Shown here: positions 24,683 through 37,299 of the stretch, one piece after another | Position numbering within the stretch: the first letter of the stretch is position 1 | How the letters are laid out: every line of letters begins with the position of its first letter | Assembly (NCBI RefSeq): GCF_052425735.1 | Contig: NC_135760.1 | Span: forward strand, 27,218,001 to 27,282,000 | From: Oculina patagonica | Taxonomy: Eukaryota | Direction: 5' to 3' | DNA: 64,000 bases | Translations under genes and position numbers: made by a program | The notes under the pieces: generated by a model | What the model was told of the DNA's origin: nothing | The model's database searches: none | The model's input: the letters and a program-made list of their open reading frames with translations, nothing else

Positions 24683-25192
24683 TTAGACGGTGTACCAATA
24701 GATGCGTTAGTTATTTTGCGAGAAAGAACAAGTCCGATTGGTTTACTTTTCGCATTCAAAAGTTATTAAAGTGAGATCTTACTTTGTAGGAGGCGAATAA
24801 GTATTGAACAATCAAACCCGGTACTACCAAAAGCGCATCTGCGTAAATCTGCGTATAGCAGGATGAAGATTCCAGGCCACCTCAGGCACTGATTTTCCAG
24901 GTTCTTCTGGACATGATTCTCTGATTTGAATGAGTGTAACTTATTTTATGACCTACGGTCGTGTCCTCCTTCCCTATATGTCAAGCAGGTTTTAAAAACC
25001 TCTACCAGGGAGGAACCACACACCAGCCTTCTGTAGGAGCCCATGACTTGGGTGTTTACAGCCTGAACCACGATTTGGAACGACGCGCGAGAGCGAAAAT
25101 ACCGCGCGAGACCGCGCGCGTCTTCTCGCTTTCTCGCGCCGTTCCAAGTCTCCTCTCGGTTTTACGACTGGGGAGGGTGACTGGGGTTGAAA

Positions 25193-28100
25193 ATGGCATT
25201 GTCAATGTTTACGCCAAAGGCGTGCAAAATCTTGAAAAATACCCCCTCCAAGCTTTTGATTTTGACAAGGACGTTATGTAGTTTAAAAGGACATATTCCA
25301 AGGCGGTCATTTCTTTATATCCCGGGGAACGAAGAACGAAAAGTGTCAAAAGCTACTGGGCTGAATTCTGACTGTGTCGTGTTGGATTGTGAAGATGGAG
25401 TGGCGGCAAACAAGAAGGTAAACTCAAATTCGTACTAATTAATCGATGTCTGGAGAAATACTTGAAACTTTGTTCAGTGAATGAATTGCAAAGTTTTGTA
25501 GTCTATTCTCACAAAATTTGAACGACTAGTGACCCCTAGGAGGGACAAAGTCACCGGGGATCAAAAGGGCCCGGCTGTTGGGCCATTTCATTTTATATCC
25601 ACCCCTTCCCCCCCCCCCCCTATATATATATATGAGATTTTATGAAGGGGATTTTTAAAGTCATTTCTGAGGTGGTAGCCCTATCGGCGCTTTTGATATT
25701 TCGAATATTTCTGAAAGGGGTTAGGGAAAAGTTGGCTTTTTTCTGAAGGGGTTTTGAAGAATCAGATTATTTCTAAAAAGGGGTATCATGTCGGCACTTT
25801 GCTTTTTTCTTAGGGGGTAAATATTGACTTACTTCATCAATAGGGGGGTGTGGATATAAAATGGAATGGCCGTGGGGGAAAAAAATTGTTTGTTTGGATG
25901 ATCGTAACGATAACAGCCAATATTCTTGTTTCTGATTGGTTCAGATCTCGTGGGTTGTCCAAGTTGAACTTTTTTGTGCAGATTGAACATCTACACCATT
26001 CATACTTCAATGAGCTGCCGAAAGCATCTGGAACCTTCTTAAGTATTTGAAAATTAAAGGTGGCTCTGCAACCTCTCGGCAAAAGGTTGTATCTTAACGT
26101 ACTAATCATTAATCAACAATAAAAAAATGGGGATCACCAGCTGGTAACTATAAGTACTTTAAGCTAAAATTGATTGTGGTTTTGATAAGTTATATTGTTG
26201 CTGTGGTAACATATTATAACAGGAAAATGACTACAACTTATTTACCAATGACTGGGTATTTGTTTGATTTGGTAGATTTCTCAGGTTCTTAAGCAACTTT
26301 CAATCACTGAATATTTGCTTTTAATGCAAAACTTGCTTCTGCAAGCCATTTCTTTTGTGTACATGCCAATGCTTTACCAACAACAATGTATACATTGCTT
26401 TTTGTTTTCCATAGGAAGAGGCAAGGAATACAATCCATAACCTTCTTGGTCAGTTGAGTTTTGGTTCCAGTGAAGTATGTGTTCGTATCAATTCTATTGA
26501 GACTGGTCTGGCAGAAGATGATCTAAGAGCTGTATTAAGAGCAAAGGTTCATCCTCATTCCATTGTGGTGCCCAAAGTTGAGTCTGTGGAGCATTTAGAT
26601 TGGGTAAAGTAATGTTTTTCTCAAATTGTATACAGTAGAAGCCCGCCTTACGGTCACCTCATTTAATATGGCCACTTCTTTACACAATGTATACATGAAA
26701 ATGGACACTTTTGTCGCAGCAAAATGCCTAACACTTTTTTTAGAAAACCCCCTTAATTCAATCATCATGTTAATATGGCCAGTGGCCTCATTGTAAAATC
26801 CCAACACGTAAATAAATTCACCTGATTAATATGGCCACTCAAACCAAGGAGAGACAAATGAATAAATTTTCTATTATCTGGTACAAACAACAATGCATTT
26901 TTTCTCTGAACATAGGTCATTCTTAGTAAACTGAATATTAGCAAGTGTTTTGTTCTCTAGGCTTTGATACACTTTCACTAACACATGTTTACTTGTTAAA
27001 GTTCAACCAAAAGTACTCATGACCAGTACAAACCAAACACTCACTGTTTTTCCAGTAAGAAAGCATTTCAACTCTAAGCGTCTGCAATTAGTGCCATATT
27101 AATTGACGCTTATTTTGTAGGACTCTTCAAAATTTTTAATTCCTTTTATCTATTGTTCTATTGTTAGTATTAGTGATCTTGTTTTATATCTGTCATCTTG
27201 TTTATGGCATTATGGATAGCATCGTATTTCATACCATGTGCCTCTCTAAATATAGGGTATAATAATAGTGTACATTTATTACTCTGTTCATTCACTAGAG
27301 TTAACAAACGTTAGGTATGCACTGTCTGCATGATTTGTTCAGTACGTTCTGTTCTTTCCCATCCCTCCCACCCTTTGGTGGGCAGAGAGCTTTATTTCTG
27401 TTGTCCTTATCGGTTTGTAAATCACTATAGGAAATAAATCTCTCTTTTGCCAAACAAAGAAAGTGGTGTGTCCTGATTTATTGACTTGTTTATTTAGATA
27501 TTCTGGGGAATTACAAATATATTGTATATATATTTTTGAAATACGATAATAACATCAGTGTATGGTTTCTCTCAATTTATTCAACTTCCAGCTAAGTGAC
27601 AAAGTTTCTTCCATTTCAAAATCAAGAAGTGAAAGGCTTGGTCTTATCACTCAAGTTGAAAGTGCACTTAGTCTTCTTAACCTTCGTGCTGTCTGTGAGC
27701 ATGGCACCTCTAAAGACAGACCCTTTAGGTTTGAGGCTTTAGTATTTGGATCAGATGACTTTCTAGTCAGTATAGGTAAGTGCCTACAGCATGGACGTAT
27801 ACAAAACATGGACCCCGGTCCATCGACCACCCCTGTGGACCCGGTCCATGGACCACCTTGTGGACCCGGTCCACACCGGAAAGGGTTGAAACAAGCGAAA
27901 CGAAACAAAATCACTAAAACCCAGTACCATTAGTGAGAGCTAACCGTAAACAGGCTAACCTGAGCGTTATTCAGGCTAACCGAAGTGCTATTGAGGCTAA
28001 CTGGAGTGCTATTTAGGCTAACTGGATCGAATGGCCAACCGGAGTGGAAGGCATGAAAAGTGCTCTCCGGTTTATAGCCTGAATAGCACTCGGTCAGCCT

Positions 28101-31100
28101 AACTAACACTCTGGTTAGCTTGTTTACGGTTAGCTTTCAATAAAAAGGTTTTGCTTGTTTCGGTGATTTGTGTTGTTGTCTATGCCACTCTTTCAGCCGT
28201 TTCGGTTGTTTCGGCAGTTTCGCCGTTTTGATCATTTCGGTGGTCTAGCTTGTTTCGGTTGTTTCTTTTCGGTGGTTTCATTTCGTTGTTTTGTGTTTTA
28301 GTACCTGCCGTCAATTTATACCCTTTCCCCATTCTACACTTTAATTTCCTTTCGAAAATTAGGGGTGGTCCACAGGGGTGGTCCATGGACCGGGTCCACA
28401 AGGTGGTCCATGGACCGGGTCCACAGGGGTGGTCCATGGACCCGGGTCCATGTTTTGTATACGTCCCTACAGCATAACTTTGCTATTTAATTGTGTATTT
28501 TGTTTTGAGATTTTTTAGGCCATTAAAGAAAAGTTATCCACTATGAAAATGTACAAGAAAAAATGAGGAGGGGGATTATTGAAGCCACAGTTTGGTAAAT
28601 TTTTTCCAGAGACTTACAATATTGTTCTTTCAATCACAAGTTCAAGTAAAAAATTCCACATGATGGAAAAATTGTATAATGAAATGCCAGCATTTCTGCA
28701 AGCTTGAAATAATTAATTTTCTGGGAATTGTGATAATGTTTCTCGGTAGTGGTGATAATTAAACAGAAAAAGGGTGTATCAGAAAACATGACAAACCTGT
28801 TTGTGGGGATGTTTGAAAGCTGAAGGCCAATGGAGAGTGAAGAGACAATCCAGAGAAGGGACACACAGAGACTTTGAACAACAGAGGCTACTAGACAAAA
28901 ACATAGCACATTTCATGGGAGTCTTTAAGGGCAAATATGCAGAGAAAGGGATTTCCCCTCACTAAATAGATTTCATACATTCAGAAGACTGTATGATAAC
29001 TTTGCAATGCAATGAGGAACTTATATTTGTTCTGTTTTAGGAGCTACACGTACTGAAGATGTGAAGGAGTTGATTCATGCTCGTCAGAGTGTAGTTGTTC
29101 ATGCTAAAGCTTATGGACTCCAAGCTATTGATATGGTGTACATCAACTTCAAAGGTATTAAGAATCATAATCATGTATACCAGGCAAAATATGTTGCCAT
29201 GTAAGAATAATTAAAATTTATAATTAAAATACAGAAAAGCAACAGAACGAAATCTGAGAAATTTAAGTGAGAAATTTGTAATTCTCCTTTCTTTTAAATT
29301 TGGTCCATTTGTCCGTGATTTGCCCAAAGAAATGTATGGTTTATTAAATTGTTTCTTGCAATAGTTAAAGTAAGATTTTTTGAGGTGACTGAAATCATTA
29401 ATTTGTTTCAGACCCTGAGGGTTTAAAAGCGCAAGCTGAGGAGGGTGCAAGGTTTGGTTACACTGGTAAGTTATATATATTTTGGTAAGCCTGATTAGTT
29501 AAACAGCTCTGCTTTTTCAATGATGGTTTTGTATAGTAAGGGAAGATATTTCGGAGCCTAGTGGCATAACAGGCCAGTTCTTAGTGACAGTTTGAATAAG
29601 TAAGGGTTATTTTTAGGAAATGAGGGGATATGTGAATAAATCACATATCACCCAGGTGCCTAAAAATAACCGGCTTATTTTTCACATGGGCGAGGTATCA
29701 ATTGTGGTGTAAAACAATAAGAAACATGCTTTTCTTCGTTGTTTTGATGTTGTTGTGCTGAAGGAAAAGAAATACTAAACAATAGAAAAAAGGTTCCAAA
29801 AAGAGGCACTGGAATTTAAACAGATTTTTTTTTTTTTTTTTTGATACGCCAAAACAACCAATATGCGTGCCAAGCAAGCTTTACAATAGATCAAAGTTTT
29901 CGAAAGTACGCACTGGGATTTTGTAATATTGCTTTATGGTACCGACAACTTTGCAACCAGGTTTTTTCACCACTTCACTCCAAAGTTGGCAGAAATGATG
30001 AGTGAAGCTGAGGAAGAAAATTTTAATGGTTCGATAAATCCAGGCAATGCAATTACTTAAAGAAATTGCTATGCTCGAAGAATCTGGAAGAGGACTGCGA
30101 AAACGCTCAGTTTAACAGTGAAGAGATGACAGAAGGATGGTTTAGCTTTTAAAAGGCAGATGAAGAAGTCTCAATCGGCAGCATTAAAAAAGGGACTGAT
30201 AATAAGAAAAAATGTCAAAGAGCGATATCGTCGTAGATGACAAAGAGCTGCTGGCCAGGAACAGTGAAAGGATCCAACTGAACACAGAAAGGGTAACATT
30301 TTGGTGTTTGAATGCTTGGAATGAGTAGGTAACCGACAGGAATGCACTGCTTCAGTATTCTGAGAAAGAAAACGCAGAGGCAAGAATTTGAAATGTACTT
30401 CTCATGTTTTCAATTTAAGCAACTGCTCAGTAGTATTTAAAATGTAACAACAGTCTTGGCAAAATAGATGCAACGCTATCAAAGTAAGGTTTTGTCTGTT
30501 GATGCGATGCGATGCATATGGGTGTGCAGCGAGGGGAATATTACTGTAATATTCCCCTAGGGGATTATCAACTCTAATATTCCCCTAGGGGAATATTAGA
30601 ATATCAGCCCCGCTCTCCCCTGTTACAATCAAAGCCGCCCCAGCTTTTCAGACAGTTGCTAATTAGCAGGGTTTATTCGATATAATCAGCTTGGAAGAAC
30701 AAAGGAAAACGAGCCATGTGAAAAATAACACAGTGTAACTAGGAGTATTATTACCGGTACTCCCTGTAGATGAGATGCAAGTCCATTGCAGGTTACCTCT
30801 AGCATCTAGCATGGCGACGGTGACCACCCCTTCCCTAGTTACCCTTCAATGAGTATCAATCACCTCACCAAGAAGTGAACCCTATTTTTTTTGGTTTTTC
30901 CTTCACAGGTAAACAGATAATACACCCAGGACAAATAGACATTGTAAACAAAGCATTTTCACCAAGTGAGGAGAAGGTTAAATGGGCAACAGATCTCGTA
31001 AAGGCTTTTGAAGAACAAGAAAGAATTGGAAAGGTCAGTTAAAGCTGGTTTGTGAAATACAGTAGTGTCAAGTGTTAACTAGGAACATCTTTCTTCCCTT

Positions 31101-32684
31101 GTCGGACCCTCTCTAATACAGACAACAGACACTAAATCTCGAGGTCACCTCAGGGAGCAAATTCACGTAAAGTTAACCTCTTAATTTGGACACCTCTGCG
31201 TTGTGTATGTAATACAATTTTTGTGTGGTTACAAAAACAACAACACTTTATTCACCTTAGATGACTGCGTTGTAGGCCATTTCGGTTGAAAGCAGTGATT
31301 TGTATACAGAAAATGAAGCTGAAATGTGCAATGTAGTACTCTACTGATAGACAGTGTGTCTCAATGCTACATATTAATCAATTTAGATGAGTGTGAGCCT
31401 CATTTCAGTTACAGAACACTTCACTCTGTCAATAGAGTGATAAAAGTGACGTCATAGTGGTGACCACTATAATACAGACACCTCTCTAATACGGAAACTT
31501 AGCTCTTTCCCTTTGGTGTCTGTATTACAGAGGTTCAACTGTATTTATATACTTGACGGGGCAAGCGTGTCTAAGTAAAGTTCTACCTACCTACCTACCT
31601 TCTTTCCCATTCCGTGATTCTCCTTTGCAGCTGGCACACAACAAAAAAAGACCCATGCAGATAACGGCTGCAAAGGAGACTGTCCCCACCCCCCTTGGCG
31701 ATCAAATTTGGCAGGAAAACTGTCCTGATTTTGGGCTCATGACGCATATTACCTTATTATAGGAAATTAACGCTTGTGTTAATTAGGGTCTTTGAAATTA
31801 ACTTAAATTAACGCGAATCGAAGGAAATATTACTACCCAAAAAAAGGAAATGAACGCGAAAGAGAGTGTAACATTTCAAAATGAAGGAAATTAACACGAC
31901 GTACACAACGAAAAACACTTGTTGAGACAACAGGAACAAGTTTGCTTCAACAGGGTCTCAACACTAGGCGTATAATCCTAGACGGAAACAATGTTCGTGA
32001 TTCTAAACCCAAACGTATGGGTTAAGCGAAGGAATCTGACCGCTTCGAGTGTCCACCATGAAAAAAATATAGCTTTTTCCTTGGAGATAAGAACGTCTGG
32101 ACTGTTTCGCAAAGTGGGTCCAAAATAATGGAAATTAACAGCGCGGAAATTTAACGCTAACAAAAATTAACGCGACTTAAATTAACGCGAATTTTTTAAA
32201 TTCGCGTTAAGTTCATGAAGCGTTTATTTCCTATAATAAGGAAAGGGATTGCTGATTTGGCAATATGGTGCTAACGCTTTTTAAAGCTTCAGAAGTAGTT
32301 TTTAACAAACCCAGGCCATTACTTTTAGGCTTCCATTGGTGTAAATAAGTCTTCTGGGGTTTGCCTCGTGCAAGTGTCCCTTTACATTGTGTCAAATATC
32401 CGGGAGATTCAGCTACCAGTTGGAAGAGCCGGAGATACGGCCTGAACATTGAAAGTCATAGAAACAGAAAGGCCTTCATTGGTCACTTTGTAAACACCCA
32501 CCCAAAGCTTAGGTATAACTAGGAAAAAGCTCTGTAAATACTAGCCCTTGATGTAACGACTTTTTAATCTTTTTTTCTAAATAAATAGGGAGCCATTGAT
32601 TTCCATGGTAACATGATTGACATGCCAACAGTTCAGCAAGCGAGGAATGTCATTAGACTAGCAGAGGCGACAGCGAGAAAGTGA
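25193..32684 (+). CDS. CLYBL: Citramalyl-CoA lyase, mitochondrial (citrate lyase beta-like), 328 aa
   Basis: Exons 25193-25417, 26415-26603, 27592-27775, 29041-29154, 29412-29465, 30909-31033, 32589-32684 (987 nt, GT-AG). Motifs PRRSFLYIPG, VLDCEDGVAANKK, VRINS, VPKVES, VFGSDDF, GYTGKQIIHPGQ, GNMIDMP. Basic N-terminal presequence. Confidence 0.96.
25581..25871. mobile_element. MITE
   Basis: TIR GGCCATTTCATTTTATATCCAC/GTGGATATAAAATGGAATGGCC. Confidence 0.75.
27793..28466. mobile_element. Composite MITE with GG termini and 9-bp TSD (Mutator/Merlin-like)
   Basis: TIR GGACGTATACAAAACATGGACCC, TSD CTACAGCAT at 27784-27792 and 28467-28475, subterminal GGACC/GGTCC repeats, internal palindrome ~27938-28135. 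Confidence 0.9.
29604..30728. mobile_element. Crypton-like hairpin + IR element
   Basis: Hairpin GGTTATTTTTAGG...CCTAAAAATAACC (~29604-29671), then 15-bp IR TTATTTTTCACATGG (29675) / CCATGTGAAAAATAA (30714-30728). Confidence 0.6.
31783..32215. repeat. MITE-like repeat with AATTAACGCG subterminal repeats
   Basis: AATTAACGC motif clustered at both ends. Confidence 0.5.
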
Positions 32685-33266
32685 ACGGACTTCAGGAAAT
32701 TTCTGTGCCAAACACTATAAAATACATCTTTACTAGACTATAAACAGAAATCTTAGAAGATTACGCCTGGACAAGGAGGCAGTTATCCCAGTGCTGACAT
32801 TAGTTTACTTATATGTCTCAGTGTGCACAAATGATGATGGATTTCGTCCAACAGAGCCCCATTTTTCCATCGCCCTGTCGAGACCATTCGGCAGTGAGTC
32901 GGGTCGTCGCAAATTTTAATAAAGACTATAAGTGCTTTGTTGGATCAGTAGGTTTTAACTGTTCTCGCATCACAAGAAAACCAACCACAGATTTGTATCG
33001 TATGCTGGGGAGGTTAACATATTGTGCATGGCTCAATTTGAGTCAATTTTATGTGGACAAATGCAAAAACAGAAAGGATAAAAAAATATGAAGTACTGGG
33101 TTTGTTTCTTACTTGTATTAAATTACCCGGCCAGTGCTACATTAACTTAGTCTAGTGTTTTCAATACACTTTATCGACTAATATACGTAGTCATTGTTTT
33201 TTTACACTCATTGGTTCTTCATACCTTATGGTACCCAGTGTAGTGCCTACCCTTGCCTTGATCGGA

Positions 33267-34469
33267 TTACCAGGCTTCCACTCTATTGCAGCGCGTTACT
33301 CGACACAATGCTCCAAGTGTATCTCGAAATGCCTTTCTGAACTGCTCATTCAAAAATGCATATATAATGGGATTGCAAATGGCGTTTGTGAAGGCAAGCC
33401 ATAATGCCACCAAACCATACGAAGAAGAATCACTTACATGGAAACCAAGTGTGCCGAGTACACTGTATACAGCGAAAGGAAGCCAACAAATTTGAAATGC
33501 CAGAACAGTAGCGAGTAGTATCTTGACTAGCTTCTCTTGTAGTTGAAGTCTTCTCCGTCCTTTCAGACTCCTCTGTTCATGTGGTAAGATGATCTGGTTC
33601 TCAGACGGACAAGGAGAAATAACTTGCGATAGGCGACTAGTGTTAGCGTCCGAAGGCGTGATATTCCTAAAGCTCAGTGTTTCCATTGGATATGAATCGG
33701 CTGCAGGACTTACATGTATAACCTCAACATGCGGCTTTGAAGCCGCAGCAAATTTGTAAGCAGTTTCTATTTCGCTAACCTCCGTTAGCTCAGGTGCTTG
33801 GCTGTCTCTGGCGTTAGAGTGTCGAGGCGTGGTATTACGTGTAAGGAAACTCTTGTTGTGCTCATTAACAAACTTCACAATCTTATAGTAAAACACGATC
33901 ATGAGACACTGCGGTGCGCAAAATGCGATGGAGAGTATTGTAACACTGTAAGACAGATCTTTGGACCAGTTCAACGAGCAAGTGGAAAGACTGGAGGTGA
34001 ATCTAAATTCGCCCCAACCTACAAGTGGCGGGAAAGACAATATGGCGCTGACTGTCCATATGACGCACAACATTGACTTGGCCATTCTCCATAGTTCAAG
34101 TGTCGAGTAATGATACTGCGAGGTGATGGTCTTATATCTGTACAGACTGAAGCTAAATAATGTCAGAAATGTTGCATTTGAGATAAAAACTAAAGCGAAC
34201 GCTTGCGCCTGACAAATGATGTCGCCAAAAATCCAGTGGTTATTACAGATGACTGTGATGTAGGAGAGAGGAAGGCAAATAAGAGCTGCTATAATATCAG
34301 TCACTGCCAAATTCACGACAAACAAATTAGCTGGCACGCCGCGGATGGCTTTGGTTCTCGCAACTGAGACGAGGACGAGGGAATTACCGCTGATAGCAAG
34401 CATTGAGATACACATCATTGGTATGGCTTTACCAACAGATGTTATGTTGAATGCTGTAGAGTCATTCAT
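33267..34469 (-). CDS. Orphan class A (rhodopsin-like) GPCR, intronless CDS, 400 aa
   Basis: First ATG at 34469 (MNDSTAFNIT, N-glycosylation sequons). Motifs GNSLV, NLAVTD, ICQ (Cys3.25), YRY at the DRY position, W4.50, PPLVGWG, CWLPF, NPIIY; long ICL3. Confidence 0.93.
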   Translation of the reverse strand: MNDSTAFNITSVGKAIPMMCISMLAISGNSLVLVSVARTKAIRGVPANLFVVNLAVTDIIAALICLPLSYITVICNNHWIFGDIICQAQAFALVFISNATFLTLFSFSLYRYKTITSQYHYSTLELWRMAKSMLCVIWTVSAILSFPPLVGWGEFRFTSSLSTCSLNWSKDLSYSVTILSIAFCAPQCLMIVFYYKIVKFVNEHNKSFLTRNTTPRHSNARDSQAPELTEVSEIETAYKFAAASKPHVEVIHVSPAADSYPMETLSFRNITPSDANTSRLSQVISPCPSENQIILPHEQRSLKGRRRLQLQEKLVKILLATVLAFQICWLPFAVYSVLGTLGFHVSDSSSYGLVALWLAFTNAICNPIIYAFLNEQFRKAFRDTLGALCRVTRCNRVEAW

Positions 34470-35215
34470 CGTGCCGTAGAGAAGTAGACTGACGTTGAGG
34501 CACAGTTCAAATAGCACGACGAGGAGAGTGATTTCTTTTTCAGATTCTCAGCTTCGTTGATTACGTTTTACGGCTTGCACCCCTCTATATAGTACGTTTG
34601 AAGGCACAGAGATTTTACCCCAAGGCAGAGATCGCGAAGCTGTGTTTTCTTTTGAGAAGAAGGTATTATTGGTGAGAATAACCCAGGTAATGGAAGGCAA
34701 AGTGAAAAGTTACCGGTAGTTTGACTGTCAGTATAAACGGATGACATTACCTGTCGATTTTCCTGAGGGCCCAATCTGTAGCACACTTTTGACTTTCGCT
34801 TTCGCTTGATTCGTTCAACTACTCATAACCTCTATTTTGTCGGTTTTTTTGTTAGTAGAATGTGGTTTTCCTTCCAGCTAAGTGTCAAAGTGTCAATTAC
34901 ATATTACATTAGCAAAAGTAATTTCCGTACTGTTTTCAGTTTTTCTTTGTCAAGTATCTTTTAAAAAGCTCTGACAAGTGCCGAATGTATTTTATATTCA
35001 AACGACAGCAAAATTAACTCATCTTATGCACCTGTCCCCCGCTAGAACATAACTTGGAGCTGGAGCCGATGGCGATGAGTTAATTTTTTGTAACGAAAAC
35101 AGCTGGCGCAATATCGCTGATAAGCAACTATAACCAATAGTGCTAATTAACAAAATATAATTAACTGCGAGAAGAGCACGATAAGGTTTTTTTTGTTTGC
35201 TTTAATACCGGTATA

Positions 35216-35545
35216 CCGTAAAATTCCTGTCATAAGCCCCCCCCCCCCCCGGTTATAAGTTCATCTACCACCTGGAAAACAAACAAAAAAATCCGGTTAT
35301 AAGCCCTCTCCCGGATGTACGCCCCCTTTTGCTGGATGACAGTACTGAACAGGGATAACTGTTGCTTTATTATCAATTTTAACTTAAAAAACGCATTTCA
35401 ATCAACACTGCCGTGGCTCGTTTCAAAACATTTTTTATTCCGCTTATAAGCCCTCCCGGATATATATAATCCCCTTCGTCTAAAAGCCCACCCAAAACCC
35501 CTTACGAAGTTGTGTAGAAGCCCTGGGCTTATAACCAGAATAACC
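35216..35545. mobile_element. CCGTA-type MITE, right end degraded
   Basis: TA-CCGTAAAATTCC start; ATAAGCCC repeats. Confidence 0.6.
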
Positions 35546-35940
35546 AGACAAGTCCTCCCATCTGCAATGTTCACTTGTACTGATATTTTTATCGTGCGCA
35601 ATCACTGAAACTCGTTTGCTTCATCAGGATCGCCAAACAATACTATGAATACTATGTCAAATTTTCGATGTTTAGAAACCCCGATGAACCACAAGCATTT
35701 GATGGTTTTCAAAATTTCTCTCTCTCGTGTGTTATGGTTTTTTCTTTGGATACACACTTGATTAGAACCAACCATGCAAAACAGTTTTCATCCGATTGTC
35801 AGCTATATGTCGGTATGTCTAAAAATTACCCAATGAGCACGCGAGAAATTTAACAGACAGTTATTGTAAAATCATTTTTGAAAAACAGGAGACCAATAAA
35901 CTCAAGAAAGGCTAATATAGAGATGGAATTGACGTAAAGT

Positions 35941-36160
35941 ATATGAAAAAATTCATATTTGAACTGTGCATAGATGTAAAGTAAAGAAATGATCCTCACA
36001 GTGAGTTGTGATAAAATAAATTGCAAAAAAAAGAAGCCTGAAAAAATTCAGAGCTTCAACGGGATTTGAACCCGTGATCTCCGCGATCAAACAAAGGCCG
36101 TTAAAGCCTGATTTTTTTTTCAAGCTTTTTTCTTTGCAATTTCACTGCGAGGAGCATTTC
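35941..36160. repeat. tRNA-related SINE-like repeat (related fragment ~48420-48510)
   Basis: Reverse-strand B-box GGGTTCAAATCCC at ~36061-36073; GCCTGAAAAAA / TTTTTTCAAGC arms. Confidence 0.5.
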
Positions 36161-36476
36161 TTTACTTGAGAAATAAAATTTTCAAAAGGAAGCGCAAAAA
36201 CATCGGTTTGCCCTACTCAGCTAATAAGAAGACAGGGGTAGTTAATTCAGATAAAATAGAAAATTTGGAAAAACTTTTTGTTGAAAATTCAGATCACATC
36301 CTCACATTCCGAAACATTTGTGCAAGATATCTTCAAACTGACGATGGGTTTCTGTGTACACCCAACGTGCAGTAAGGTAGCCAGAAGCAACAGAGAATAG
36401 CGTCATTTCTGTGAAATATGATAGGCTCACATAATGTAGAACGCGCGTTACAATCCTGGTGACAAGGAACTCAGTA

Positions 36477-37299
36477 CAGTGGAACCCAGGACACCCCGTT
36501 ATAATGGACAGTTTCGTTGGTCCCGACGAAAACCTCGTACATTTTCTCTTAAATTAACCCGCTTAATACGGACACCCGTTAATACGGACAACGGACACTT
36601 TACCGTGTCCCGAGTGACAAACTGTCATACATTGTCAACCCCGCTTTACGGACACTGTTTATCTGTGCACTGTCAATTTTCATTGTCGCGATTATTTGGT
36701 AACTTGAAGACAGTTGGACCCTGGTCAAAATAGAAATAACGACAGAATTCGACCACTTAAAACGATTTTATTACAAAGAGTAGCTTAATAGCGTGACTTG
36801 CAAAGGTTTTGTCGAATCTTCAGTACGCCTGGTTGTGTCGCAAGTTAAAAGCTTCCGTGCAAAGAAAAGTTACCGTCTTTTTTAAACGAGTTTAGAGTTT
36901 TTAAACTCCAAAAGAACGGTTATGGTCAGAGTTTCAGTTACAAAGGAACATTCTGTTGCTGTCGAAATACGTTTTATTTCTAGTATATAGTAAAGTTGCG
37001 ACATTTTCAAATAATCCCAGTGTTAAGTTATTAAAGTTTAATTCGAGTGTCTGACTTGATCGTAAGGTTTTCGTAAAAACTATTAATTTTAGTCAGAGAG
37101 TTCACAGTTTGCATTGGCTACAGTTACAGTACAATTAAATAACGTTTTGTTGCCGTTAAAAAGTTTGCCTTCCTCTTAGTGTCGATAAAACATGTATCCG
37201 TGACTTTTTTCTGTGACCCTGTTTTTAAAATACGGACACCCCGTTAATACGGACAATTTGGCCTGTCCCCTTGGTGTCCGTATTAACGGGGTTCCACTG
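36477..37299. mobile_element. Tigger/pogo-like MITE (CAGT..ACTG, TA TSD); related fragments ~26633-26845, ~31100-31541, ~45967-46110
   Basis: TA|CAGTGGAACCC ... GGGTTCCACTG|TA; TAATACGGACA subterminal repeats. Confidence 0.85.

Noticed and set aside
27793-28466. CRISPR-like or coding GGACC/GGTCC repeats
   Set aside because: There are no unique spacers; they are subterminal repeats of a TIR element in a eukaryote.
33267-34469. Functional opsin
   Set aside because: There is no Lys at the K296-equivalent position.
34470-34517. ORF-track N-terminal extension of the GPCR
   Set aside because: It starts at GTG; the first ATG, at 34469, gives a typical glycosylated N-terminus.
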